Notes under the pieces: model-generated
Databases searched by the model: none
Seen by the model: only the letters and a program-made list of their open reading frames with translations
Told to the model about the DNA's origin: nothing
DNA from: Antedon mediterranea
Lineage: Eukaryota > Animalia > Echinodermata
Reading direction: 5' to 3'
Assembly (NCBI RefSeq): GCF_964355755.1
Contig: NC_092676.1
Span: 25,190,871 to 25,254,870, forward strand
DNA length: 64,000 bases
Translations under genes and position numbers: made by a program
In this document: positions 14,001 to 27,505 of the stretch, piece by piece
Layout: the number at the start of each line of letters is the position of its first letter
Numbering within the stretch: the first letter of the stretch is position 1

Positions 14001-17000
14001 TTCATGAAGCTTAAGAATCATAAATACAGTACATTTTTTGTTTTAAAAAATGGATTCTATAACTTTACCTGACATGGACCTCAACAGAAAGGCCTGCTTG
14101 CAGATTTCTTTTGTATCTGAAAAAGAACAAGTCAATTCTACAAATTAGTATAAAAAAATACACTAAATAATGTATATAATATCGTATGTACAGTAGTATT
14201 GGTACACAGTAAGACTTTTCTATACAGTAAGTTTTTATTTATATTTTGCAGTAATTATATGTTACACTAACTGTAGGCCCTATTACCTTCTTAATCTACA
14301 AATTTTACATTCTATTATAGTGGTTTTTCTTAATATTGAAGCTTATCGCACACTCTAACCAGCGGTGGTAAATAATCAGTAGTGTACTTTGTACCTAAAC
14401 AAAGATACTCCCAAGACTAACCACACAGTTTACTCAACTACTGTACATATTTTTAATAAAGAACCAGTCAATGTATTAGGCCTCAATTTAGGTACGAGAC
14501 TCCAGTACAGTACTGTATGTACATAAACCTATATAGTTTTGACTTCAAACACAAATAGGCCTACTACAAGCACCCCTCATTTACACTATAGCAAGCCTTT
14601 CGTTTTGGGACAGTAGATAAGAAGAGACAGTAATTTAACAGACTGAAAAATGAGAGAAACATTTTTTATTCCAACCATGTTAAACAAGATAAATTAACGT
14701 CTAAATTGTTGTTTCATCGACACTACTGTACAGCCACATGTTAATATTGTTTTTCATAATTTTTTTGTAATTTGTAATTGCCCTGCACCAAAAGGAGAGT
14801 ACAGTGCTCACAAAGTCATCACTTTTATAGGCAGCGCTGCCTGGCGGATACTGTAATATACAGTACATCCCTGTATTGTCAGTTTATCTTATTATGTATT
14901 CATTGTCTGTTTTGTATAATTGTATTGTCTTTCTGGAAAATAATAGATGAATGAATATTAATGAAGTAGAAGCCATCGTACAGTATGTTTAAAAGATTGT
15001 GATATTCAGTTAAAATAAACCTCAGGTGTACTCCACCAACACTACGGTTGGTAAGGTTTCAACCTGATTACTTTTTGACAGATACCTTTGACAACCCAGT
15101 GGCTTGAACAGAGATTGTTCTCCTTTCTTGCGAAAACCACACCACTTTTTTTTATGAGGCTACATCACTGTCAGGTGTACATGGCCACCTATTGTACAAA
15201 ACCTATCTATCCATCCGAAACAAGTGTCCCTGTCATTTTATATATTAAACTCACTACAATACAATCTATTGTTATAACTTATTGATCCACTGCCGCCATA
15301 TAACATCAATATTCTATTCAATTGCAATATTGTACAGTACACACAAGGTTATAATAGCCTATAGATAGTTTAGACAATAATGTAACGTCAACATTATAGG
15401 AAGATAGAGCTTTATAAATAGAAGCACTATGCTACAATGTTTTAATTACAATTTTCTAGAATATTAATTAGTTATCATTTTTAAATACGTCCAGCATGCA
15501 TAAAACGGTTCTAAAGAAATACAGTAATAATAATCAATGCTGAATATACTGTATGTTCATTGAATTGATTTACTGTATGATTGTTTGATTGTTTTGTATT
15601 TAAAAACAACAATTTGACTGCATGGTACTTCCATTTTTGGCCTCAACCAATGGGTAAAAATATGTAAAGATATGTTGTGGAAGATGACCCTTTTGATAGC
15701 ACTTTATGCCTTATCTGAAGAGTACATGAGAATAAATGAGTAGGCCTTTCAATGAAACCAACTGGCAAATTAAATTCATACTAGAGCACTCTGTAAAAAG
15801 ACTGGACTTCTTTAGTTTTTTTGTTTTATCTTTTATTGGGGATAAGAGGGAGGGACTACAGTACTGTAAATATCATTGTATTTTTAACATACTGTACTAC
15901 AGTATGTACTATGTATTGACCAATACTGTTTTGGAAATCCCCTGACTTACTAATTCAAGATTCTAGTATTTCCTTTTATTTTTAATTGAGGTGATAGTAT
16001 CAACAATTTCCTGTAACCTATGTTATCTAACCAAATTTCAAACTAAAATTACCAATGGGGTTTTCTATGGCCAGTTACTGAAGACACAAGTTATTTTTTA
16101 ATGTCTCTTGTTTATAAGTGTTCATTCAAGAAATCAGCACATGAGTCGAGTTCCAGTTAGGTTGGGTTAGGGCTATAAACAACGGCGTATGCTAACAGAA
16201 AAACCATATCATCTACATTTTAATTACAATAACAGTGTTTAATATACAATAATGTCTGTTAATGTAATTAAATCCATAATCGCATTGGACTTTTATGTTA
16301 AGACTTACCAACTGAATATTGTAATAAAAGTTTTACCATAACAACATGCCAAGTAAAAACTGATCAAGACAGGTAAAAAAATATATAACTTGGAATATTG
16401 GTAACAAAAGCGTGGCAAGGTGGCTTCACCAATTTTAGACTCATTTAAGATTAATTTAAAAACTCATTTATTTTAATTTCAGGATACAATGACTGAGCCT
16501 TTGATCATTCATCTTTTTGGAGTTGGCGCAATAAACAAATGAACATTTGTTTATAATTCTATTCATGTATTTAATAGCAAGTTTGTTAGATCTCTTCAAT
16601 TTCTTTGTTATTGTATTTATTTCAAATGTAAATCAACCAACCAAATTTCATTTGTACCTCATTGTTGTATAAATGACAATAAATACTATTGTATCAATAA
16701 TTTTTGATTATGATTATAATTGACTACTGTATATGCTTTGTACTCTAATTATAATTTTTTTTAAGACAATGACAGGGATTTTTTAGACTGGGACATGCTA
16801 ACAAATATAATATGAAAGGTCCATTAAAAAAATAGACAATTTTAGTAGTTACAAATTTCATTTTAGAAGGGGGAGGGTGCATGTGTGCGCTAAGCACCAC
16901 CCTTAGATTTTTCCCTGCATAGTGTACTGTAGCTTTAATACTCGCTTTACAAACTCCCTTCCTTCTTTCCTCCACCACCCATCACCAGTACTGCTCAGCC

Positions 17001-19040
17001 TCCTGACTGATGCTGTTGTCACTGTTGTCAACCAGTCGATAATATGTAATTTATAATGGTTTAGACTAAGACATTTTTGCACTTTGTATCTAACCAAAGA
17101 TTCATAACAGAAAATGTTACAGATTTGGCTACTCAAACACTGTACAGGTATAATAAATAGCCTATATCAATGACATAAATGATGCAGCAACAGGTGAATT
17201 AAAAACGCCAGGGCGTTAAGCATAGATTGCCTGCTCTGAACATTCTGTTCTGTGACATAACAAATGACAGGTAGCCTATACAGCCTGTATTGTAGTCTGC
17301 CTCCTCCACCAGTCCTACCTACCTGTGTAGTATAGTAGATTAGAAATAGTGACAAGTACCAACACTATGTATATCACTTATCAATTATGACAACGGAAAA
17401 TCTCAACATGATTACCTTATTTGATGTAAAATCCTTTGTTTCCAACGTTTTTAAAGGAGAAAATATCCGTAAATTGTCCTCAAAACTGAATACTTGTTGG
17501 AGGATTATATTGTCGTCTGCGTATAAACAGTTCTCTTCTCGCGATCGCGTAAAACCCTACTTTTCTGGGTGTTGGTAGGCTAAGACTGGATGCTCAGTTT
17601 ACAAAAAGATTATGAGGGCGCTATTACAAAAAATATAATTATTTTGATGACTAAATTGATAAACATTATGACAGACCCTGCCCTCTTGTAAAGTCACACC
17701 TTTTTGGAAAGTATTGTAGGCAGTGGGAGTGTTCAGATATGCTATTCATTTCTTTTTGTGAAATCTGTAAGATTAAAAACCCATTTCATTTGTATAATCC
17801 CGGTGTATAATACAATTACGGATCACAAAGACGTGTTCCTTTTATAAAATAAATAAATATCTTTATTGAACATACGCCTTTAAATCGGCGGCACACGTTC
17901 TTCTGGACGGTGCGTTCTTGTATACATTACGTTAGCCTGAAGGCTAAATAAAAGTATAATGAGAAAAAAAAAGAAAAAAACATTTAAAAGAAAGGAAACG
18001 GATTAATAATATGGGAAATCTTACCTTATATATATTTCGCCTCGTTTGCCTTTTAGGCTAATAGGACTCGTGTGTCCCAAATGAGCCCGGCTGTGTAATG
18101 TTCTAAAAAAGGGTTATACTCATAAAAGCTTACTCAGTCTGGTTGTGTGTGGTTTTATTTAAATTTTCAGAAAATCAGTATTAACTGCATCAATTATGAC
18201 AAAAAGAATTACGACATGAATATTTTAAAATGCTGGGTATTATTAACTTTGAAAGCACTTAAAATTAAACACAAAAAAAAATAAAAAATCTGTTGTAATT
18301 CAACAAACTTAAAACATATCAAATGAATATAATTATAATTCTAAAGCAGAGTTACTCAAAATAAACACAGTAACTATTAATATAATAAGTTTATTAAAAA
18401 ATACAATTAGGCTGTTTTTGTACACTTTACACATTATAGGGGCCTAATCTTGATTCTACATAAACTTCAAACTACAGCGTATCATGCGAATTTTTTTTTT
18501 TCATGGGCCAAGCTTACTTTGGGTCCGAGTGATTGTAGGCGTCATGATTACAATAATGTATATGAGTGGCTGCACGCCACGTTAGTTTATATGCAAAAAT
18601 TCAATTTCCAGGCATTTTTATTTGCTTATATTCAAGATAAAGCAAAACAAATTTACAAAGATGGACATTGTGTTAATCAATTATATTGAGAACAACATTA
18701 ATAAACAGTCACACGATTTTACGGCATACATATCAATATTTGATTCATTAAAAATCATTTGTAAATATAACAGCTGATTATTCGTTCCATCGTGGTTGAT
18801 TGTGGTATCACGAACCCTCAACGTTTCATTGGTTAGTTGTAAAGAACAACATTATCTTTCCTTTTCTTGGAAGTTTTCTTTTTAATTATAAATAACGATA
18901 ATAGTAGTATTGGATAACTACATCGTCAGTCATAACATTTCATTAAAAGTTATAGTATTGACGTAATCATTGTCAATGCCAAATAATGACGTCATCTCTA
19001 TCAATGACGTAGTATTGGTTACACCATTTACACACACGCA

Positions 19041-22000
19041 TTATATTCTGGCTTTATTAGGCCTACTTCTGTTACCGGAACGTGATCGTTGAGTTGGCGG
19101 TTGTGCAGTACCTCTTTTTTTTCTTTGCCTTCTTTTTTTGGTTCTTGTTTTCTTACCCGATTCCTGTCGCTGAGCTTTCTTTAACCTCTTATACCATTTC
19201 TAATATAATAGGTAAATGTAATCAAAATATTATTTCCATCTAATTTAAATAGAGGTCTCGGTTAAGGATTCCCTCGATCCAATATAACAAACAAACATAT
19301 AAACCTCTATTCATAAAATGTACGCCTTTATAGAATAGAATAGTCCAAGATTAACTACTAACCAGGGAAACGCGCACGGCGTGTACATCGGAAATACACA
19401 CTTCCGGTATCTCCCACCACGCGCATCCGGTACCTTGTTTGTTTACACGCGCGAAATCACACATATCAACCATACGCACAATAACTTTGAACGCGCAATC
19501 GATCGTCTGGGAAGCTGCGCTATAATCTTTTGGTAACTGTTCTGCAATATTGTATTTTATTTTTATAATACCTTTACAAGACTTGGCCATTCACTGTTCC
19601 ATTCTTCAACAATACAGTCGTCCCTCAGCATCAAATGTCCGTCAGCCAGATGTTGGTCGCACATTATCAGATATTCCTTTCCTGGAATCACATCTGGGCA
19701 AACACAATCGTCATGAGACCATAATATAACCTAGTATAGTTAAAAATTAGTATTAAATTGGAAAAACTTTTCCAAATGTTTAATTCTCATAACTGTGGAC
19801 ATCTATCAACATTTGTTTGATCGTATTTGAAATATGGGTATGTGATAATTTTACCTCATCCTTTGGAATTGATATGTCTTGAAAATGTAGAACATCAATT
19901 ACGTTTACGATGGTCCAGGTTCTTCCACTTTGGAGTGCGGGAGGATACTCCAAACCAGTTACATTAGCCCTTATAGCTGAAAAGAATAATTGATAAAACA
20001 ATTTTACCTCAGGAATGGACCGTAAAATTACGTAGCCATAACATCGGCAAGGGTTCAAGTCTCACGGTGCTCAATGGTGCTGGTGGTAGAACGAGTCTTC
20101 TCGGATAAGGACTGTAAACCGTATGTCTAGCGTACACATCTAGCTCAAGGCACTACCCACTACTATACATCTTTCGAGACGAATAGGGGTTTACCCCGGT
20201 GTACTAGTACATACATAGCCACTGTCACTCAATCACTGATCATAACTGGGCCCGGCCCTCTGAGAGACCGATTTTTTACTGAAAAGGTCACCCAGTATAA
20301 ATAAATATTAAATATAAAATACAAAAATCAATGACTTATATCAAGTTTTAAACTTCCGCTATATTGTTATGATTGTTTGTGTTTGTTGTTCTAGTTCGTG
20401 TCTCAAACATTTAAGCTGTTTCCTATACTACTACTTGGACGCACCGCAGGATGTAGTATGCGCGTAATCCAAACGAGTTGACCAATCACAAGCGTCATTT
20501 CTTATGATGAGCGTCGATTGGTCAAATTATTTACCGTAGCGTTACAAGCGACATTTCTTATGATGAGCGTCGATTGGTCAAATTACTTACCGTAGCGTTA
20601 TAAAACATACTTTATACATCAGAACAAAACAATCACTGTTTGATGTTTCCTGTTCGAATTATTTAACTGAATAATTTAATAAAAAATATCATAAATCATG
20701 CACAAGTTTCTGATATAATCACGTAGGAAGGAAATAAACGCGACAGTCAATTTGTTGTAATAAAATGCATATTTACGACCACCTTGACTGGTGTTTGCTG
20801 TATGCAATTTTAATAAATTAAACAATAGTATAGGCCTACATTCATTGTGTTACGGAGTTTGGTTCGCATTTTGTTCTTTTTATACTCCATGTTGTAATTT
20901 CTTTCTTTTTCCGTACTAAACCATGGACTTCCATGTTAAAGCAAACATTCCATGTACTGTATCAACATGGCATTAACTGTCAGAATCATGAAAATCATGA
21001 TATGTACCCTATTTATTTGAATAAGCGCCCGGGTCAGTGGGTTTTATGGAGGCGTTTATACAGGGAGGGGGAGGGGCTTTATTATTTGTCGGGGGTAGGG
21101 GTATTGGTAACATATATACTCAAACATGAACAAATTCAACACGTTTATTCGAATGAATACGGTAATCAGTATCATACTCTCACATGTGGCATCACCAGGT
21201 TTGTATTAAGCTACGGTCTCCTACTCGGTATAATTCCCAAAGGTAGGTAGGTGGTGGGGGAGGGATTCAGTGTAGACCTTAACCAGGGGGAAAGGGATAA
21301 TTAATTTGGTAATTCGGCCCATATAGCCTGTGAAATTGCACGCGTTGTTAGTAAAACCACAAACTTGCTCGTACGCACATACAGGCCACTTTTCATTTGG
21401 ACATTTATCACCAGTATTACAGTGCGGTATCCTTTGTCAAATACACCACCACGGTTGTTTAAAACTTATTGGTGAAAGGGTTAGGGGTTATTTGTAAACA
21501 TGTGCGTTAAATGTCGTAAGACGGAGGAATGCTTTTAAAAAATTTTGTTTTGACAAAATTCAAAAGTATATAATGTCATCGACGATGTGGTATAAAAATA
21601 AATTATAGTATCAGACGTTGAAACCAAAGGGAAGTTATCAATCATTGTTATTATTTTAATACAATTTAAACGAGCCACCGTGACTATAGGACCACTAATC
21701 TAGCCGATACCAATAGTGTTTATTATTCATGTGCCAGACAATTTTAAAGTGATCAAGCGATTTTTTTTAGGTTTATCAATTCCTCTGTATTTAGGCCTAC
21801 ATGCGTCCAACAACAACATTTTTACACGTACGACGCGGCGTCGATTCGTATTTAGATCAGTAGGCCTACGGTATTCATAATGTTACCGCATCGATTTCTT
21901 TGGAATTGATATGTCCTGGAAATGTACAACGTAAATTTCATTTACGACGGTTCAAGTCCTTTCCAATTGATGCACTCAAGTCAATTCAATTCAACATATA

Positions 22001-23889
22001 TTTCAACCAAAATCAAACATTAACATAATAATGTACATATACTGTGACAAATAAAACAACAAACAAGTTTACGGTTTAGGCCTATAACGTGAATATATTC
22101 TAAAATGTGTAAATCGTCCTGCTGTAAAAATGATCTACACCTATTATTATTATTATTATTAAATATTTGGAGAAAGATATCCGCAAGATTTGGACGCAAC
22201 GCAGTTGTAATTGCGCGCAAGAGATGTAAGCGCGTTGCAACGATTTCATCAATTACGACGCATTGGATCACCCAACTGTCACTTGTGATTGGTCAACTTA
22301 CTTGCATTGTACATAGGCCTAATCGTCGTTTCATTGTGCGTGCAAGTCGAAACTAAGCTTTAGGCTTAGATTGTAAACTTACCATATTCGTATTGTTTTT
22401 CTAGGAATACTCGAATATTTGCTTTTGGCGGGCCAATGCAGTTGTCACAGACTTGTGCTGGAAATTAAATTCATTTATCAATTAATCTTAAAAACACCAT
22501 TAATGAATGTAGAAATGTTTTCTCTGCAGTATACCATACTCTTCCCGTGGAGAGCTCCCGCCCCCGATTTAAAACACATAGGATCTAATTTGCGTCGTCG
22601 ATGTTCAGGCAGTAGTGTCAAGCCCCGGTGTCAAGCACAGAACCGACGACGGTTAGATTGACCATGGATTGACAGAATCAACCTGTCACAATATAATTCA
22701 ATCACAACATTCAAGATGATTGACACCCGTCTGATTTCGTCCGTTAATGTTTTGCTAATCACCCAATGATTGGGCTTTCACACCCTCCCGCTGATACGCG
22801 GGCTGATACGTCTAAAGTGATGCCTGTGCGTAAATTTAATCGTCTGCTGCGAAACATGTACAGACGATATGGGAAGGAACTAATCTCTAGATCTTTTGAT
22901 TTCTACAACACTTCAGACCACTATGCCTGAAAACGATAATTTAATAATATAGTAGCAGGGGCTTAACGAATACCACGCTAGGGAATTATAAAAGAACGCA
23001 TTCAAATATGAAATGGGCCTCCTGCGATAAGCATTAATAGTAGCTTATTACAAAAGTTTTCAGTCTTGTGTATTTGTTCCAGTTTACAAAGTGTTCTTAT
23101 AAGAAAAATATCTTCAAATATTTCCAAAACGTGATCTTCATGCTATTCGATAATTAAAATATTTCAACTTACGTTTTAGTGGTCTAGGGTTAGCAGCAAC
23201 GTGTGGTGGGTTCACGTTGGTAGTCTGCGGTTGTACATTAACTTCTGAAAAACATTAACATGACATTGTATTGCAATAACCAGAGTGTAAACTAAAAGGA
23301 AACTTTACCATGATTCATCACGTATGAAAAATAGAATTATAGCAACTATGACGTCATCAAGAAGTCACCTGCTACGTAGGCATTGCAAATTAGACGTACC
23401 TTTAGGCCTATCCAATGATGGGTCACGTGGCATTTCTTCCACAATTGCCTCGGGAGATATGCAGACGCCTCTATCGTATTCAGGAAAGTCGTTGCATGCC
23501 AGATAGTCCGGCCATTTTACCTTATGGCGCAGCATGATTGGTTCACATCCCCTTTTAACACGCAAACACAAACTCTTGCATGGTGGGATAGCTGCGTCAT
23601 TTTGGAAACCATACGCGCAGATCGGGGCGTACATAGAGCACAGAAAAAAGATAAGATGTGAGCTACAATTGGTCGCGGCAAGACCTTGGAACTGTGAAAT
23701 AGCCAGTTTGGCGTTTTCCTGTGTGCTGTGATGAAGATGGTTTGGCATTCGAGTTTTGTTCCATGGCATATCCTTACACATTGGTAGTTTTATCAGTTCA
23801 CATGTTGCGGCATTACTGCAGACGACGGAAGTAGAGAGAAGGAAGAAGGCGATCGCCGCAGACGATATCGTAACAGTTGTTAGTGACAT
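19041..23889 (-). CDS. FRZB: Secreted frizzled-related protein sFRP3/4 (FRZB-like): signal peptide, Frizzled CRD, netrin (NTR) domain, basic tail; about 358 aa
   Basis: Exons 23889-23400, 23244-23173, 22457-22383, 19976-19855, 19730-19572 and 19199-19041, all in phase. [38 protein letters not shown]...[11 protein letters not shown]...[13 protein letters not shown] is diagnostic of sFRP3/4. NTR motifs YEYAIRANV, CVCP...EYLIM and EEW are present. Confidence 0.93.
20021..20310 (+). mobile_element. SINE family A copy in an sFRP3/4 intron
   Basis: Shares TACGTAGCCATAACATCGGCAAGGGTTC...GTAGAACGAGTCTTCTCGGATAAGGACT...CACCCAGTATAAAT with the other copies. Confidence 0.8.
21887..21975 (-). pseudogene. 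Decayed duplicate of sFRP3/4 exon 4 (pseudo-exon) inside intron 3
   Basis: Aligns to 19855-19940 ([10 protein letters not shown] vs [10 protein letters not shown]) and keeps a GTAA donor, but the Trp codon TGG has become TGA, there are indels, and the 5' part and acceptor are lost. Confidence 0.75.
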
Positions 23890-25164
23890 TCTTGGACGGA
23901 TGCTAAAACACAACACAAACAGCTGATTAAAATACTAAATAGACCTAGTTTATTATTTATGTTGCGTGCAAAGAAGAAAAATACAGTAGGCTGGTTCAAT
24001 TGTCGAAAAAAACACCAAACGTCTCAAAACGTAAACGTCATAAATTAAACATAATTCTGAAAAATAAAGAACTAGTTATGCAAGCACTGCGTACAATTAT
24101 TGATAACTGTGGTTCTTTTGTAAACTTCGTGCTCCCTACTGACTTACCAAGTTACTACTTCACAGTACCAAACAGCTGGAAGGTGCCTGCCCAGAACATA
24201 CCACACACAATACTTAATGTTGATACAAATTTACTACATACTTTGGGGGCTAGAAGTTTGAACATGATTATCAATAAGCCTACTTTGTCGGCGTATTAAC
24301 TGCGCGCGCTAAACACAGCCAGGTCACATAAAACGATAAATGCCTAACTCAATAAACACACACCTGGTATTTAAACCATACGATTTCTGTCATCTATGGT
24401 TATGGGTCGATTTGGACGATTTAAAGCTAACTTTATTTATGTAACTTCATACTAAAATGTGATCGGGCCGCAACGCTATGTTTCTCCGACATAACGATGC
24501 TATCACGTGACCTTAGACCTAAAATAATATTTTGCAATAGGCATAATGGTGGTTTGAGGGTTAAAATGCGTCCAGCTTCGCCTTTAAACATTAAACACAG
24601 TGGTTCACAAGTGTTAAGTTATAGTTACTTAATATTTATTTTAGTAGAGACCAGAATGCACTTTATACAGTTATATTAACTTATAGTAATATTAATCATA
24701 ACGCGTGACGTCATCGTGACCGACTCCGATCCTGAAATTAAATCATCACATGAATAATGTTGTTCTAATCATCAGCATCAAGACACATGTCCATCATGTT
24801 GTGTCGGCCGTGGCCTCATTCACGATTGGGAACATGTTTTCGAAATAATACCAAAACAATGAGCATGCAGCAAACGCTCGACTCATTAATGGTTTGGTTA
24901 GCTACGGGTTTCGGCCTTGTCCTCAGAGTGACTCGAATTGTAGTACGATGATAATAAGTTAACATTCACAATCAGGAAGTCCTAACTAGGGAACAACGAG
25001 AATCGTCCCGATTATCAGCCACATAAATAACTTTATAAATAACACAGTCGGTTAATGATAGCTATAGTCATAAGAAAAAAGGGATAGAAAGGGTATAGTT
25101 GAGACCTGGCAGATTGAATTGAAGTTAGCATTCAATGAATTACGGTATCGGTTAAGTCGCAACT

Positions 25165-25196
<32 letters not shown>

Positions 25197-27505
25197 GATG
25201 AGAATCGTCCCAATTTATCAGAAATAAATAACTTGTTTTGCCTTAGGTGGGTTCATCCAACTTTTGATAAATAACTTTATAAATGAAACAGTCGGTTCGA
25301 AATATCTAAGTCATAAAAAAGTATAGGAAGTATAGCTATGGGACCTTGCAGACTTGAGAATTGATTCTTAATTTTTGCAGAGATGCACGATATAGGTATA
25401 ATCATAGCAGAAAACAATTCATCCTTTTTTTTTATTTCTCGTTAATGGTCTTTATCTGTAGTCCTCAGTTCTAAAACACGATTATAAACACTGAACAGTT
25501 AGGATTCGATTTAATAATCAAAAGGAAGAGCAAGACCTACACAACGAATTTATGGCTTTTTACAATAAGACAATGGACCTGCGAAACACCATATTTTAAC
25601 GAGAGGGGAGAAAACACTCCCGGCTAGACGTAAACAAACAAAACTCCTTGTCCAAATAAACATTTTGTCTACCAGGCCTACATACAAAGATGCTATTATA
25701 GCCTACATCTTCCTCAGTTAAAAGATGTTACTTCCTTTTCTGTTTTGCCCAATTATAAACTTGGTAAAAAATAGAAACTTACCGAAAGTCAAAACTGACC
25801 TATTCTCGATCGAGTTGCGACGTCTACTTTTTAGATCTAGCCTATTTAGAGATGATTAATCTTATTTGCTGGTGGTTTAGCCTCGCCTAGGCCTTGTGTG
25901 TTTTTCTCCAAAATATGTGCTTGACTATAAAGGGTCGTTCTCTTCTTAATACCCTCCACTCAGTCTTGGTCACGTCGATTTTTCTTGATAGGCTAATAAT
26001 CACAAATCCATTTAAGTTATTGAAATCCTATAATTCCCTTTTTTCTCCTGTTTACTTCAATGAATTACAACCAGATATTCATGTTCGCACTACTATGATG
26101 GAAAAAAGTATAGGCCTATCTAGACAGAGATTTTTTGGTCGATACTTCCAAGAATTACTTTATAGTCTGCTTGTTAAAAGCAGACGATACCACAACGTTT
26201 ACTAAATACAGATGAAAAAAGATGTTTTTTTTTACGTTTACATATCCGGCTTTGAGAGACATTCACCTCCCCTTGAGGACATTCGACGTGATGTGATAAA
26301 AGTGGATTCAACGACTTGTCTATTGATACTTAAAGCTCCGTCAAGACGGATTAGGCAGTCGATAGCGGCGATGTGTTGACGTTTCTCTTGAGTGTTTTTT
26401 CACGCCTTCCAAGTGACAGATTAGAATATTGTAAGTTATGCTGATTGCAGGGCACATGTAATAAGGTATAACTGAACCCAAAACTTTTCGACAAGTTGGG
26501 ATCGGCTGCTAAATTAGGTCAACCAACCAATGAGAAAATTCGACAACTAACTATTGTATTAGAAATTACCTACAGTGATAAAATACATTCGGACGTGCTG
26601 CATGTTACATGCACATTTATAAAGACGGGTACCGGTTCATTGACCTTTGTGCGATATTTGATACAGACTAAAAGAATAAGAGTAGAAACAAACAATACTT
26701 TAATCATAATCATAAAGAGAATATGCCGACAGTGAATGTTATTACCGGTTGTTAAATATCATTAACAACCCAACAATTTTAATATCATTCTGGAATTGTC
26801 TTTACGTACTGGTACATAATCAAACATTGGGTGACACACACACCCGCCCTGTCTTATAGCATATGAGAAAAATGTGCCCCTTAACCGGTATAACCACAAT
26901 AGTTTAAACTGCCAATCAACGTCATAATAACAAGTAGAAACGTCTTCACTTAAATTCAAATGACACGTTGACGTTTTACCTTGTCACATCGCCGTAGGAA
27001 ACACGACATCAAGAAGAAAAGTGAAATAATTGTTTATTAGCTGTTCTTTGGACGCGTATTCACGATACGTAACAACTAACATACGAACATGGAGTTGTGA
27101 AATAAGTAACTTATTTTACAAATACCTGAATTCCAACATTATTTAGCTAGTTAGCAATTATTAAACAATTAGTGCCTTTATGTTTAGGCCACCTGCTTAA
27201 GTAAAAATACTTAGCGTCCTCTCAATCTGGGATTTTAATACCTGATTACGTTTACGTCTACATGACGAATACAATCCAACGACGACGCGAGGGATAACGT
27301 TTACTGTAAATTTGTAGAAAAAGTAACGTTCGTTCGGGAACCAGAATGAACTGAAAGGGATCGAAATGTCGTCATCGATAGATGGGGCTATACACACATT
27401 TCTCAAGAACAGAAAAAAAACATGGTACATTGAGATTAAAAATTTAGAATCATCGCAGATTATTGTGTTTATTTATCCCGATGTTGGCTGTCATACTGCT
27501 TCAGA

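Noticed and set aside
14070-14116. Small exon containing ATG as the EPS8 start
   Set aside because: Splicing it to the 6915 acceptor gives an early in-frame stop; more likely 5' UTR or a uORF, so it was left out of the CDS.
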